Assembly: GCA_016188495.1 (NCBI GenBank)
Contig: JACPHU010000029.1
Coordinates: 11,136-75,135 of the forward strand
Origin: Candidatus Uhrbacteria bacterium
GTDB taxonomy: Bacteria; Patescibacteriota; Patescibacteriia; UBA9934; GWF2-40-263
DNA length: 64,000 bases
Direction: 5' to 3'
How positions within the stretch are numbered: the first letter of the stretch is position 1; every line of letters begins with the position of its first letter. A model generated the notes under the pieces. The model had not been told where the DNA came from and searched no databases. It worked only from the letters and a program-made list of their open reading frames with translations. Position numbers and translations under genes: made by a program. Shown here piece by piece: positions 22,440 through 31,826 of the stretch.

Positions 22440-23375
22440 TTGTATATGAATGCAACCATGCTTCGAGATAAGGCTTGGGAAACCACAAACCGTATCCCTA
22501 GTTGGGTTCGTGGTCGTGAAATTTCTCTTGACCAATACAATACATTACCAAACATCGCTGAGTATTGTTGGGATTCTTTTCAAAAGTTTCTCAAGAGAGA
22601 AAAGGTAACTCTCGGCAACTATAAAATCATTGAACCAAGTGCTGGCACTGGTTCCTTTTATGATTTACTTCCAAAAAAACAGCGTATAGGTATCGACGTG
22701 GATAACATCCGTGATGATTATATTCAACATGATTTTTTAACATGGAATCCTGATATAGATGATCGACCATGTATTGCTGTTGGGAACCCACCTTTTGGGT
22801 ATCGCGGATGGCTCGCGCTCGCATTTATGAACAAGACTGCGGAGTTTTGTGATTATGTCGGATTCATTCTTCCGATGTCGTTTCAAAGTGATGGAAAAGG
22901 GAGTCCAAAAAATCGCGTTCAAGGTATGCGTTTGGTACACTCCGAAGAATTACCAAGCAATCTTTTTGCTCTCCCCGATGGGGAGATAAAACAAGTAAAC
23001 ACACTTTGGCAAATTTGGAAGAAAGGTGAAGCTCCACATTTACCTGATTTAAGCCTTTGCGATGAATACGTTGATCTATTTACTGTCGATCTCCGTAAGG
23101 AACGACTTTGTGGAATGAATAAAATAAATCAATGTGACTTTTTTTTGCAACGTACATATTTTGGCGATCATCCAACACCTGTGAAGTCGTTTAACGACGT
23201 GAAATACGGATGTGGATATGGCGTTCTTTTTAAGAATAAAAAGCGTGAAATCAAGAAGATACTAAATAACATTAACTGGAACAAATACAGCAACCTAGCC
23301 ACACATAATTGTCGGCATATTTCCATGTACCATATCAAGTTGGCAATTTTAGATAATCTATATGCCAAGTCCTGA
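22440..23375 (+). CDS. gamma-class N6-adenine DNA methyltransferase
   Basis: Motif I EPSAGTGSF precedes motif IV GNPPFG. Confidence 0.7.
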   Translation: MYMNATMLRDKAWETTNRIPSWVRGREISLDQYNTLPNIAEYCWDSFQKFLKREKVTLGNYKIIEPSAGTGSFYDLLPKKQRIGIDVDNIRDDYIQHDFLTWNPDIDDRPCIAVGNPPFGYRGWLALAFMNKTAEFCDYVGFILPMSFQSDGKGSPKNRVQGMRLVHSEELPSNLFALPDGEIKQVNTLWQIWKKGEAPHLPDLSLCDEYVDLFTVDLRKERLCGMNKINQCDFFLQRTYFGDHPTPVKSFNDVKYGCGYGVLFKNKKREIKKILNNINWNKYSNLATHNCRHISMYHIKLAILDNLYAKS

Positions 23376-23883
23376 TTTCAGAACACTGTTTCTTGAGGCA
23401 TTAGTGAAGAACGTGGATAATCCTAAATGGAAAGAGGGTGATTTTGTTGGAATTAAAACGGTATCAAATACTAAAGTTGGGAGCGTAGGACAAGATTTTA
23501 TTGAAGGGCTTTGTAGCGCGTTGTCTATTCAGTGTAACTTCCCATTGAGGGGTGACGGCACAAGAAAGACGCAAAACTCTTGGGATATTGAAATAAATGG
23601 TATCAAGTTTGAGTTAAAAACAGCCACTGAAGATGTAAGCGGAAGTTTTCAATTCAATCACTTGCGTTATCACAGACCCTATGACGCAGTGCTGTGCCTA
23701 GGTGTAACTCCAAACGAATTATACTTTGGGTTGTGGTCAAAAGCTGACGTAGCGACTGGAAAGGCTGGGAGCCTTGTCTCTATGGAAAAAGGAGCAAATG
23801 CTTCTTATAAACTGACCAAAAAATCACGCGATCTTTTCCCTATTGTAGAATTTGAGCAAAGAATAAAAGGGTTTACTGTATGA
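23362..23883 (+). CDS. putative cognate Type II restriction endonuclease (PD-(D/E)xK-like)
   Basis: 14-nt overlap with the methyltransferase gene. WDIEINGIKFELK resembles a D..E.K core. No database support available. Confidence 0.35.
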   Translation: MPSPDFRTLFLEALVKNVDNPKWKEGDFVGIKTVSNTKVGSVGQDFIEGLCSALSIQCNFPLRGDGTRKTQNSWDIEINGIKFELKTATEDVSGSFQFNHLRYHRPYDAVLCLGVTPNELYFGLWSKADVATGKAGSLVSMEKGANASYKLTKKSRDLFPIVEFEQRIKGFTV

Positions 23884-23889
23884 ATAAAG

Positions 23890-24830
23890 ACAACAAAAAA
23901 ACGACCGATAAAGTCGCTTTCTTCTCCCTTCTCAACAAGGCTATGCGGACACCACCTGCAAAAGCAAGTGGAAAAGATGTTCGTCCGCAGTCCGCAGATT
24001 CCATCTCCAAACGTGTTCATCGAGATACTTCTGCAAGTGTTTAGGAGAGATTGAGTGGTGCGTGCCGTCAATGGAACGCTTTAGCTGGCTCCAAAAGCCC
24101 TCGATTGTGTTTGTGTGTGCTTCTCCTTTCACATACTCCTTGCGTCCGTGATTGACTGTCTCGTGCTTGTAGCCCATTTTAGACGCTTTGCCGTAGCTTT
24201 GATATTCGTCCGTCATAAGCGTTGCGCCGACTTGCACGTTTTCACGCACGATTGCCATGACTGTTGACGCTTTCGTGTTTACTGTCGCTTTTGCGTAAAC
24301 TCCACCGCCTCGCTTGTGAAGTCCAACGACTGGTGTTTTACCTTCTGCTCCACGTCCTCGTTTTCCTTTACGCTTGCCTCCGATGTACGTTTCGTCGGCT
24401 TCCACGATACCACCGAATATGTCAGGCATTTGCTCCATGAGCTGACGAATCTGATATGCCATGCGCCATGCACACTTGTAGGTGACACCTAGCTGTCGCT
24501 CTAGCTCCTTAGCTGATACTCCATTCTTCGCTGTTGAAAACAAGTACATAGCAAAGAACCATTTATAAAGATCGGTGCTTGACTTTTCAAAGATTGTTCC
24601 TTGTTTAGGGCTGATCTGATGACCACCACAAGAACACACGAAATGGCTTGTAAACGCTTGAAGGTGGTATTTACCAGATTGCTTGCACGTTGGGCATACA
24701 GCGTCCTTGTGAAGTGATTCAAAGAGGTATTTCAAACACGCCTCGTTGTTAGGGAATTGCTTATTAAATGATTGGATTGTGTACTTCGCTTGCTTCATAT
24801 AGACACACCTTAGCAGGTATGCTACTATAT
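23890..24830 (-). mobile_element. IS1595-like insertion sequence (boundaries approximate; inverted repeats not resolved)
   Basis: Single transposase gene with short flanks. Confidence 0.4.
23941..24798 (-). CDS. IS1595-family (ISXO2-like) DDE transposase
   Basis: N-terminal Zn-finger CPTC...CSCGGHQ, DDE region with ADETYIGGK and TNTIEGFWSQLKR signatures. Confidence 0.8.
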   Translation of the reverse strand: MKQAKYTIQSFNKQFPNNEACLKYLFESLHKDAVCPTCKQSGKYHLQAFTSHFVCSCGGHQISPKQGTIFEKSSTDLYKWFFAMYLFSTAKNGVSAKELERQLGVTYKCAWRMAYQIRQLMEQMPDIFGGIVEADETYIGGKRKGKRGRGAEGKTPVVGLHKRGGGVYAKATVNTKASTVMAIVRENVQVGATLMTDEYQSYGKASKMGYKHETVNHGRKEYVKGEAHTNTIEGFWSQLKRSIDGTHHSISPKHLQKYLDEHVWRWNLRTADEHLFHLLLQVVSA

Positions 24831-25229
24831 GTCAAGGGATAGTCGCCTAATTTTTTTTTGCCAAGAAGCTGGCAAAAGTTCTCCGGAACGTCCCTCTTTC
24901 TCACGCCTGAGCAAGAAAGGGCTCACGCTGAAAGAGAGAAAGGAGCCGTTAACGATGAGGGTCAACGCGATGAGCGCATGCATGAGCGGAATGCCGGAAA
25001 AATCGTGTGTGCGGTAGAAAATTAAACCGCCGACAACGGCAAGAGTAACGCCAGCCCAGATCATGGGCTTTGTGACTTTGTGCGTTCGGGTGGTGGCTTC
25101 AGTCCAGTACGATGACGTTCGGCCGAGAAAGCCGTGGATGTCTATCACGGTCACTGCTCCCAGACCGATAACAAAACCGGCGAGAAGTAAAAATAATCCT
25201 ATAACGTCAAGCCACTCGACGAAGCTCAT
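24825..25229 (-). CDS. hypothetical membrane protein
   Basis: 134 aa with four predicted TM segments. Confidence 0.4.
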   Translation of the reverse strand: MSFVEWLDVIGLFLLLAGFVIGLGAVTVIDIHGFLGRTSSYWTEATTRTHKVTKPMIWAGVTLAVVGGLIFYRTHDFSGIPLMHALIALTLIVNGSFLSFSVSPFLLRREKEGRSGELLPASWQKKIRRLSLDI

Positions 25230-25238
25230 AGAAACAAA

Positions 25239-25724
25239 TTAGTTGAGAATCCAAATCGAATAGTTAAGATACGCGGCGAAACTGACCCAAAGAATGTACG
25301 GCGTAAGAATCCACGCGGCTGGTTTGGAGACTTTTGCAAAAGTGATGATGGTTGCCACAATCGCAAGCCAGAGGAACATGATCTCCACAAGCGCACCGCC
25401 TGGGCTATGCAGACCGAAGAAGATCATTGACCAAAGCGTGTTTAAAACCAATTGTCCAATAAAAATACTGAGTGCGATTTTTACATCCTTGCGTTCCAAC
25501 CCTTTCCTCCATACCAAAAATGCGGCAATGCCCATAAGGACGAAGAGCGTCGTCCAGACTGGTCCGAACACCCATGCCGGAGGATTGATGGCTGGCTTCG
25601 CAATTTCCGCGTACCACCCAACGATAGACCCTGTCGTGAATACCGATCCAATGATGCCCGCGAGCTCAGAGATGACGATGGTGATAACGAGTTTGGATCG
25701 GTTGTTTATTTTCATGTGATTCAT
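25239..25724 (-). CDS. tspO: TspO/MBR family tryptophan-rich sensory protein
   Basis: WYAEIAKPAINPPAWVFGPVWTTLFVLMGIAAFLVW matches the TspO signature. Confidence 0.8.
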   Translation of the reverse strand: MNHMKINNRSKLVITIVISELAGIIGSVFTTGSIVGWYAEIAKPAINPPAWVFGPVWTTLFVLMGIAAFLVWRKGLERKDVKIALSIFIGQLVLNTLWSMIFFGLHSPGGALVEIMFLWLAIVATIITFAKVSKPAAWILTPYILWVSFAAYLNYSIWILN

Positions 25725-25820
25725 TAAAGCCTTTTCATCTCGTGCTGATATTTTAGCAAATTTTGTGGTTTAGTTCGAGTAATTACTGAGAAATAATGAC
25801 TCGCTTTTCGTTCTGGCTTT

Positions 25821-25897
25821 AAACAAAAAATCACCATTTTTTAATGACGATTTTTTGACAAAGCATGTGGGTCTACTCACACGCCTTCTCATGGCTC
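25821..25897. repeat. ~80-bp direct repeat, distal copy of the tRNA-Asn 3' flank (includes terminator hairpin)
   Basis: aaacaaaaaatcaccattttttaatgacgattttttgacaaagcatgtgggtc.actcacacgc.ttctcatggctc is nearly identical to 51408..51496. Confidence 0.7.
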
Positions 25898-25989
25898 CGC
25901 GTCGTGGGCGATGTTAGGACTGCGATACAGGAATATGATGGGTACATTTCGATTCCGAAACTTACAGCGGTTGATTTGGTTTATTCAAA

Positions 25990-26451
25990 CTAGAATATCT
26001 TTGCAGAAAGTGAAAGGAGTGGTTTACATTCTTCTCTCATAAATTCAGGATACAATTCTAATTTTGGATCGCCAGCAGCTATAACATTTGCAGCAGGAAT
26101 CATGACTCTCCATTTGCTTTCATCTGTTCGATCTTCTCGACTTGCTCCGTAAACGATTCCTTCCAGACGTGCCCAGATACAGGAGGATGCGCACATGGGA
26201 CAGGGTTCATACGTTGTATATAAATAACATCCTTTGAGTTTTGTAGACTGTAATTTTTGTGCAGCAAGACGAATGACATTAATTTCTGCGTGTGCTGTCG
26301 GATCAAGGTCGCGACGAACGGATGTGAATGCTTCCGCGATCACTTCGCCGTCTTTTACGATCAAAGCTGCGACAGCATGTCCGCCTTCCTGATATTTCGC
26401 TCGAGCAAGATCAATGATTCGTTGCATGAGTTCTTTTGAAGGTTGAATCAT
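25990..26451 (-). CDS. CMP/dCMP-type zinc deaminase (TadA-like)
   Basis: HAEINVI...PCPMCASS zinc-binding signature. 153 aa. Confidence 0.7.
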   Translation of the reverse strand: MIQPSKELMQRIIDLARAKYQEGGHAVAALIVKDGEVIAEAFTSVRRDLDPTAHAEINVIRLAAQKLQSTKLKGCYLYTTYEPCPMCASSCIWARLEGIVYGASREDRTDESKWRVMIPAANVIAAGDPKLELYPEFMREECKPLLSLSAKIF

Positions 26452-26537
26452 AAAAGCAATTTAATTTTCAATTACATTCTACCAGTTCCCATTCCCACTT
26501 GGGTATAACAAAAAAACACCATATACATGATGTTTTT

Positions 26538-26645
26538 TGCTGGCTCGGCGTACGGGTGTCGAACTCAAATTTGATCAATGATTTAGGGGTTAATTCGCAG
26601 GACAAAACGAGCATGAGGGTCTCAGAAAATGAGACAAATGAGACA
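26538..26645 (-). repeat. modular conserved intergenic element, copy B
   Basis: Same conserved blocks as 21538..21647. Lies immediately upstream of the deaminase gene. Confidence 0.6.
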
Positions 26646-26686
26646 GTACAAGGGGTTTCTACGAGTAAGTAGAAATAACAGGATAT

Positions 26687-27751
26687 TCAAGCATTTTTCG
26701 AATTTTCTTGCTCAGAAAGTCGGCGAATCTCGTGATTGTCTACGTAGCCACGGAGTACTCCGATTAACGCTCCCAGCGTCGAATGAACGGATGATTTTAC
26801 GATTCTCCAGTTCGTTTCTTGAAGCGCTGTTTTGAGAACGGAATTTGCAACCTTTGTTGCAGTTATGTCGGATCGATCTTTGTTTGTGTCAAAAGCTGAC
26901 AACTGAATACGCAGACCGTTTGAAGTTGAAGGGTTCTTAATATGAACCTGTGTAAACCCAACGTCCTGTAGGGTTTTGACAAGTAGCTCTTGAAGTTCGA
27001 TAACGCGCAACTTTCGAATGTTTTGAATGTGTTCTGTGGTTTTTGATTCTTCTTCATTGGATTTCATTCGTTTCACGAATTCTCCCATCTGCTTCATGCT
27101 TTCTCTGGATTCAAGATACACTTTAAGCTCTTGATCATCGATACAATATTTCATCCGGTCCTCTGAAAAGTGCTCATCGATTGGTTTGATTTTGGGTGAA
27201 AAATCCATCTCTTCATGATCATTATTTCCACAGCTCTCGCATACTGAATCGAAAGTGACGATGTTGTCCGTACGAGTCGAGGTTTGTTTCACAACGGCAT
27301 TACATTTTGTGCATGTGTGTGGCTTGATTCGATACTCATTTCCATCATTAAAAAACGCACGTCGAGGAAGGCATCCGTTTGGACATTCATAAAACAAAAT
27401 GACTCTTTCTTGATCGCTTGAGGAATCAAAATGCTTATCCATGAAATTCATTTTTGAATAACAGCGTAAACAAGAAATATCATTTCGTGGCTCAGTGTCA
27501 TCAACCAACTTCTGATGTCTGAGATCGCGTTCTATCCATTCACGAATACGAGCATGCTTCATTGCTGCCCGTTCACCTTTTTTCATCCAAAGTAATAGTT
27601 TGTTTGCCGCAACCAGTAGCCTCACTTTTTCATCTCGATCAGGTTCATCCGACGGAATTTCATTCAACCGTTTTTTATGGGCTTCTTCATACCACCGACA
27701 CTCCTTCACAGTCAGACGATCATAAAAATCAGAGTACTCAAGTTCGTTCAT
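26687..27751 (-). CDS. hypothetical protein with Cys-rich zinc-ribbon-like segments
   Basis: 354 aa. CLRCYS...CPNGC and CTKCNA...CESCG. Confidence 0.4.
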   Translation of the reverse strand: MNELEYSDFYDRLTVKECRWYEEAHKKRLNEIPSDEPDRDEKVRLLVAANKLLLWMKKGERAAMKHARIREWIERDLRHQKLVDDTEPRNDISCLRCYSKMNFMDKHFDSSSDQERVILFYECPNGCLPRRAFFNDGNEYRIKPHTCTKCNAVVKQTSTRTDNIVTFDSVCESCGNNDHEEMDFSPKIKPIDEHFSEDRMKYCIDDQELKVYLESRESMKQMGEFVKRMKSNEEESKTTEHIQNIRKLRVIELQELLVKTLQDVGFTQVHIKNPSTSNGLRIQLSAFDTNKDRSDITATKVANSVLKTALQETNWRIVKSSVHSTLGALIGVLRGYVDNHEIRRLSEQENSKNA

Positions 27752-27849
27752 ATTTCAATCACGTATTCTCTTGACCGAGAATCAATAGACGATAAAATAA
27801 TCTATATAAAAACAAACCCATTTTTAAAGGTTTGTTTATTTTTACTAGT

Positions 27850-28689
27850 TTACTTTGCCAAATCCACGCTCATCTCCTGACCATCAGGAAGTTTGAGATG
27901 AACCGTACTTGGCGAATCCCAACCTGAGATAGAATTTCTGAAAGAAAAATCAGGAGAAGGATCGCTTGGTATCTTCATGGTAAGCGCCTTTTGTTCTTTC
28001 ACCGTCTGAGTTATCGGATCAATAGCGAATAAGGTTCCATGAAGATATTCTGGATCTTGAGCGCTTTGAGACTCGTCATAAGCAACAACCGCAATAACAC
28101 GACCATCCGGTGAATAAGCAAGATCGCTTACATAGACGGTTCCCGTGTGAGAGGCTTGCAGAGGCAGGGGAATGGTTACATCAGGATTAAGGATCGTTGG
28201 ATCCTCATAGCGTCCAATGTTGTAAAGATCAATGTTTACAGAAAGTTTTTGCGTTTCATTGTCTAAAGACAGATCAGAAAAAGCGAAGGAGACGTTGTCT
28301 GGGGAAGTTGCCCAAAAGGTTCCATCACGTTTCACATAACTGACTGCACCCGTTTCGCGAGAAATGCGATACATGGCCCCAGAATTTAATCGCAATGCAT
28401 GGATTCCAGTAATAATGTCTATATACTGGCTACTGATACGAGCAATTTTTACCGTGTCTTCGGTTAAAACTTCTCCAACAACGGCTAATACATGATCACT
28501 ATCTACAACATAAAATTCTTTTTCTCCTCCATAAAGAGAAATCTCTTGTTCTGTTTGGATCAGATTTCCATGGGGGAGTGTCTTTTGTGAAGACGTGTTT
28601 TTAGGAGAAATCATTGAAAAAATAAAAAATGTTGTAAGACAACCCAAAAGGAATACGGAAAGAATAAAGATATTTTTTTTAAAAATCAT
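27850..28689 (-). CDS. secreted hypothetical protein
   Basis: N-terminal hydrophobic signal/anchor (IFILSVFLLGCLTTFFIF). 279 aa. Confidence 0.4.
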   Translation of the reverse strand: MIFKKNIFILSVFLLGCLTTFFIFSMISPKNTSSQKTLPHGNLIQTEQEISLYGGEKEFYVVDSDHVLAVVGEVLTEDTVKIARISSQYIDIITGIHALRLNSGAMYRISRETGAVSYVKRDGTFWATSPDNVSFAFSDLSLDNETQKLSVNIDLYNIGRYEDPTILNPDVTIPLPLQASHTGTVYVSDLAYSPDGRVIAVVAYDESQSAQDPEYLHGTLFAIDPITQTVKEQKALTMKIPSDPSPDFSFRNSISGWDSPSTVHLKLPDGQEMSVDLAK

Positions 28690-28751
28690 ATGTAGAAAAA
28701 AGGGCAGTCTAGCTTGTAACTCGACTGCCCATGAGGTTGGTGTTCTTATGA

Positions 28752-30068
28752 TCAGCTACCCTGATAGCACTGGGCTGTCGTGCTGTAGATACAGTTCAGA
28801 TCGTAGTAATTTCCCAGATTTTTGATCCCATCTCCCGAGAAACTCATTGTATGGCTTCCGATATATTCATTCCCGTCTGCAACGATCCAGTTAGAATCGA
28901 CTACGCGATAGGTTGAACCGCTTACATAGACAACGATGGCAGAGTGTCCATACGTCTGACGCAAAACATCTCCGGCACTAATTGTACTGCTTGTAAGCAG
29001 AGAAATGGAATACTTCGTCCTGTAATCAGAAGAGTTGAGATTTGTATCACTTGGCAGGATACGCCATGATCCTGAACCAATTGAACTTGATCCTGAATGA
29101 AACACTCCGCTGCGATAAGCAAGGAGATTAGAGAACGCTTTGCATTGCGCGCCGCGTGGGCGAGTGGAAGTGGTGCAGGAAGAGGCCTGACAAGTATATT
29201 TAGTCGCCCCATTTGTTGCCCCATACGTCGGAACAGTACAAGGGGTGTAACCACCTGTGCGACAAGAAACGTAGTAAGCAGTTACGCTATCCGTACTATA
29301 TCCTCCGGTACTTGAGGTAAGGTATCCCCATGCCGTCGGATCATAATCGATATAGGAATAATACTTCGAACCGCTTGGGTTTGTCTTGCCGGCTGTGGCC
29401 TTGGCATAGTAACTCGTCGATCCGCTTGAAATCGCTGTGCCATACCAACACGATTGACCCGATGTACAGTTGGAAGAAGAAGAGTAATCTCCGCTCATGG
29501 CAAAGGACGCTTCCCAGATAAGACGAGAGCGTGCGGATGCTTCAGAAGCGAAGCTATGCATTTCAGGACTCACCTTGTAAGCGACGTTTTCGTTTTGTTG
29601 AATTTCTTCCATTCCCAATTGTTCAGCCCAGGGAAGTAAAGTTTTATCATCATTTCGAATTCGTTCGCTCAACCGCGCATTTCCCTCAAGAACGGGATCA
29701 ACAGCGACTTCCCAAAGATAGAGTCCGAGATCTTCTACATAGACACGATCAATCGGAGTGGCGCCTTCCGTCATGGGTGCAAAAGCCAGACGTCCGTCGT
29801 CCATGAAGGAGTGAAGGCTACTTTCATCCACGAAATCCATGAGGTAGTAACCATTTTCCAAGACTTCTTGAAAATCCACGGAATGATCGATCCTTTGAAG
29901 AAACTCTCCGGTCTCGTTGTAAACATCGACGTAACCCAGATTCACAAATGCGGCTCCAAAAGCCACATAGGATTGAGTCGTCTCGTTTTCCTCACCGGCA
30001 CAGCCGATCCAGAAACTCGAGGTGACGGCTACCAACAAGAAAAGAACCAAGCTCAGGTTATGTCGCAT
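28752..30068 (-). CDS. lipoprotein, possible CHAP/NlpC-like hydrolase C-terminal domain
   Basis: Signal plus lipobox (FWIGCAG). Ser/Thr/Tyr-rich middle. C-terminal GDV...GHSAIVV resembles CHAP. Confidence 0.4.
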   Translation of the reverse strand: MRHNLSLVLFLLVAVTSSFWIGCAGEENETTQSYVAFGAAFVNLGYVDVYNETGEFLQRIDHSVDFQEVLENGYYLMDFVDESSLHSFMDDGRLAFAPMTEGATPIDRVYVEDLGLYLWEVAVDPVLEGNARLSERIRNDDKTLLPWAEQLGMEEIQQNENVAYKVSPEMHSFASEASARSRLIWEASFAMSGDYSSSSNCTSGQSCWYGTAISSGSTSYYAKATAGKTNPSGSKYYSYIDYDPTAWGYLTSSTGGYSTDSVTAYYVSCRTGGYTPCTVPTYGATNGATKYTCQASSCTTSTRPRGAQCKAFSNLLAYRSGVFHSGSSSIGSGSWRILPSDTNLNSSDYRTKYSISLLTSSTISAGDVLRQTYGHSAIVVYVSGSTYRVVDSNWIVADGNEYIGSHTMSFSGDGIKNLGNYYDLNCIYSTTAQCYQGS

Positions 30069-30281
30069 CGTACTTCTCCTTGTGTTTCAATCGTCCTCAT
30101 TTCTGTTTTGAAGTAAAGATCAAAGAGAAAACAGAACGATCGGGGGCTATGTTAAGGGTTGTGGCAAATGATTGTCAAACCGTTAAAAATTCTGCTTTAT
30201 TCCAATATAAATCTGAACGTGAGAATTTTCGTTGATACTAGGTATTGTCGAAGGAGGAAAACGAAACACCTGCTCAAATGA

Positions 30282-30836
30282 CTAGGAAATGGGGGGAATT
30301 AAAAAATTCCATTGTACGATAAGAAAGTTTTTTGGCTTCAGTCCGGTCTGCAGAGCAGCTTGAAGCCAATTGTTTTGAGAGGAACGAACAGAATCTTTTT
30401 TGTTGCGTTTGGATTCAATGAAAAGTAACTCCTCGCCTTTCCACGCGAGAACATCCCAACAACCATCGTAGGTATTATGGTTCTGTTGAGCTATTACAGT
30501 AAGTTTTTCCAAAATCCACGGTTCATCAATGTCACAATTGGTCTGCTCTTTGTACGGTCTGTTTTGCCAATCCAAAAGAAACATCGGCGGTTTATTGCCT
30601 CTGGCATATGTTTCAACCCAATAAGCCGTATATCCAAGTTGTTGAAATGTTCTTGCGATCGCTAGCTCAGCAAATATGGGAACACCATCGAAATCAATAA
30701 AGGGTTTTCCTCCGAAACTGTTTGGCTTGGCTCCGTGCCATTCTTTAAATGAAATGATTGCTTTGGGTACTTCAACAGAACTATCTTGTAGGTGAAAAGT
30801 TTCGAGACTTGTTGGGTTTAGAAATTCAGAGTTCAT
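30282..30836 (-). CDS. PD-(D/E)xK nuclease-fold protein (putative)
   Basis: CWDVLAWKGEELLFIESK fits a D...E.K core. Confidence 0.35.
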   Translation of the reverse strand: MNSEFLNPTSLETFHLQDSSVEVPKAIISFKEWHGAKPNSFGGKPFIDFDGVPIFAELAIARTFQQLGYTAYWVETYARGNKPPMFLLDWQNRPYKEQTNCDIDEPWILEKLTVIAQQNHNTYDGCWDVLAWKGEELLFIESKRNKKDSVRSSQNNWLQAALQTGLKPKNFLIVQWNFLIPPIS

Positions 30837-31183
30837 ACGTTACTCTTGTCTAAATACTTGAACCATTTCATCTTTACAGCCTCTTCAACATTTATTCCAA
30901 CATGGTCAGCGAAAAGAAGAATGTAGCTAAACGTGTCCGCGATCTCTTCCGCGAGCGCGGCTCGTGCTTCTGCTTCTGAATCAGGTTTACGACGCGTCCG
31001 GTTCGTCATGATGAGGTACTTCTGCGTCATTTCCCCGAGTTCCTCTTGAAGCTTAAGCAGAAACCAATCGCCGTCGTACTTCACGTTGAAATTTTGTGCG
31101 TACCGATCAGCAACTTTTTTAACAGTTTCGGTCATTTGTTTTAACTCCATAAATTTTGTTTTACATTTTACAAAAATGATCAT
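30833..31183 (-). CDS. MazG-like nucleotide pyrophosphohydrolase domain protein
   Basis: LQEELGEM...ALAEEIADTFSYILLFADHVGINVEEAV matches the MazG helical-core pattern. Confidence 0.55.
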   Translation of the reverse strand: MIIFVKCKTKFMELKQMTETVKKVADRYAQNFNVKYDGDWFLLKLQEELGEMTQKYLIMTNRTRRKPDSEAEARAALAEEIADTFSYILLFADHVGINVEEAVKMKWFKYLDKSNV

Positions 31184-31562
31184 TCCAAAAATTCATTAAG
31201 TCCTGATCAAAATTAACTGATGCACCCTTTCTGTATTTTTCATGTGTATATCGTTTTTTTGCGGCGGAATCAAAGAGTTCGCGCACTTTTTCGTATTGTT
31301 CCTTTGTGGGAGGCGATTTAAAAAATTCATGTGCCACTTTGTTCCGTTCCTCTGGTTCTTCTTCTGAGCACACCTCTACCAATAACTGAGAAAATAAGAG
31401 TATGCCAGCAACGAAAAATTCCTGCTTTGCAGACATAACGGCTTCCTCTACGGCATCGTGTAACAATGGAAATTCAATTAATTTTTCCATCAAGCGAATG
31501 GACGAAGCGCAAAAGCACGAAGCCTGTGGTCCTCCAATGTTGATATAAGAAATCGTTGACAT
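31161..31562 (-). CDS. hypothetical protein
   Basis: 133-aa ORF within a minus-strand gene string. Confidence 0.35.
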   Translation of the reverse strand: MSTISYINIGGPQASCFCASSIRLMEKLIEFPLLHDAVEEAVMSAKQEFFVAGILLFSQLLVEVCSEEEPEERNKVAHEFFKSPPTKEQYEKVRELFDSAAKKRYTHEKYRKGASVNFDQDLMNFWNDHFCKM

Positions 31563-31568
31563 AAAACT

Positions 31569-31814
31569 TCAGTACTTCTTATCAACTGGTGGACACGGGT
31601 CTTTTCCAGGAAAGACGGTGTCTTTATCTCGAATTGGTCCGCCGTTTGGTTTATGAATTACAACTTCGCCTCCACCATTATTTCCTGAAAGTTCCTTAGC
31701 GATTTTTTCAGCTTGAGCTTGAGTCTTTGCAATAGCAGAAGCTCGGTTGGCCCCTTCCTTTACCACTCTCCAATCTTTGGAGGCTTTTTTGTTTGTTACG
31801 TGATAATTAGACAT
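31569..31814 (-). CDS. DUF2188 family small protein
   Basis: YHVTNKKASKDWRVVKEGANRASAIAKTQAQAEKIAKEL pattern. Confidence 0.5.
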   Translation of the reverse strand: MSNYHVTNKKASKDWRVVKEGANRASAIAKTQAQAEKIAKELSGNNGGGEVVIHKPNGGPIRDKDTVFPGKDPCPPVDKKY

Positions 31815-31826
31815 ATACCTAAATGA

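Noticed and set aside
23890-24830. Precise IS1595 boundaries and target-site duplication
   Set aside because: Could not identify convincing terminal inverted repeats by eye, only a weak ccctt match at the ends. Reported with approximate limits only.
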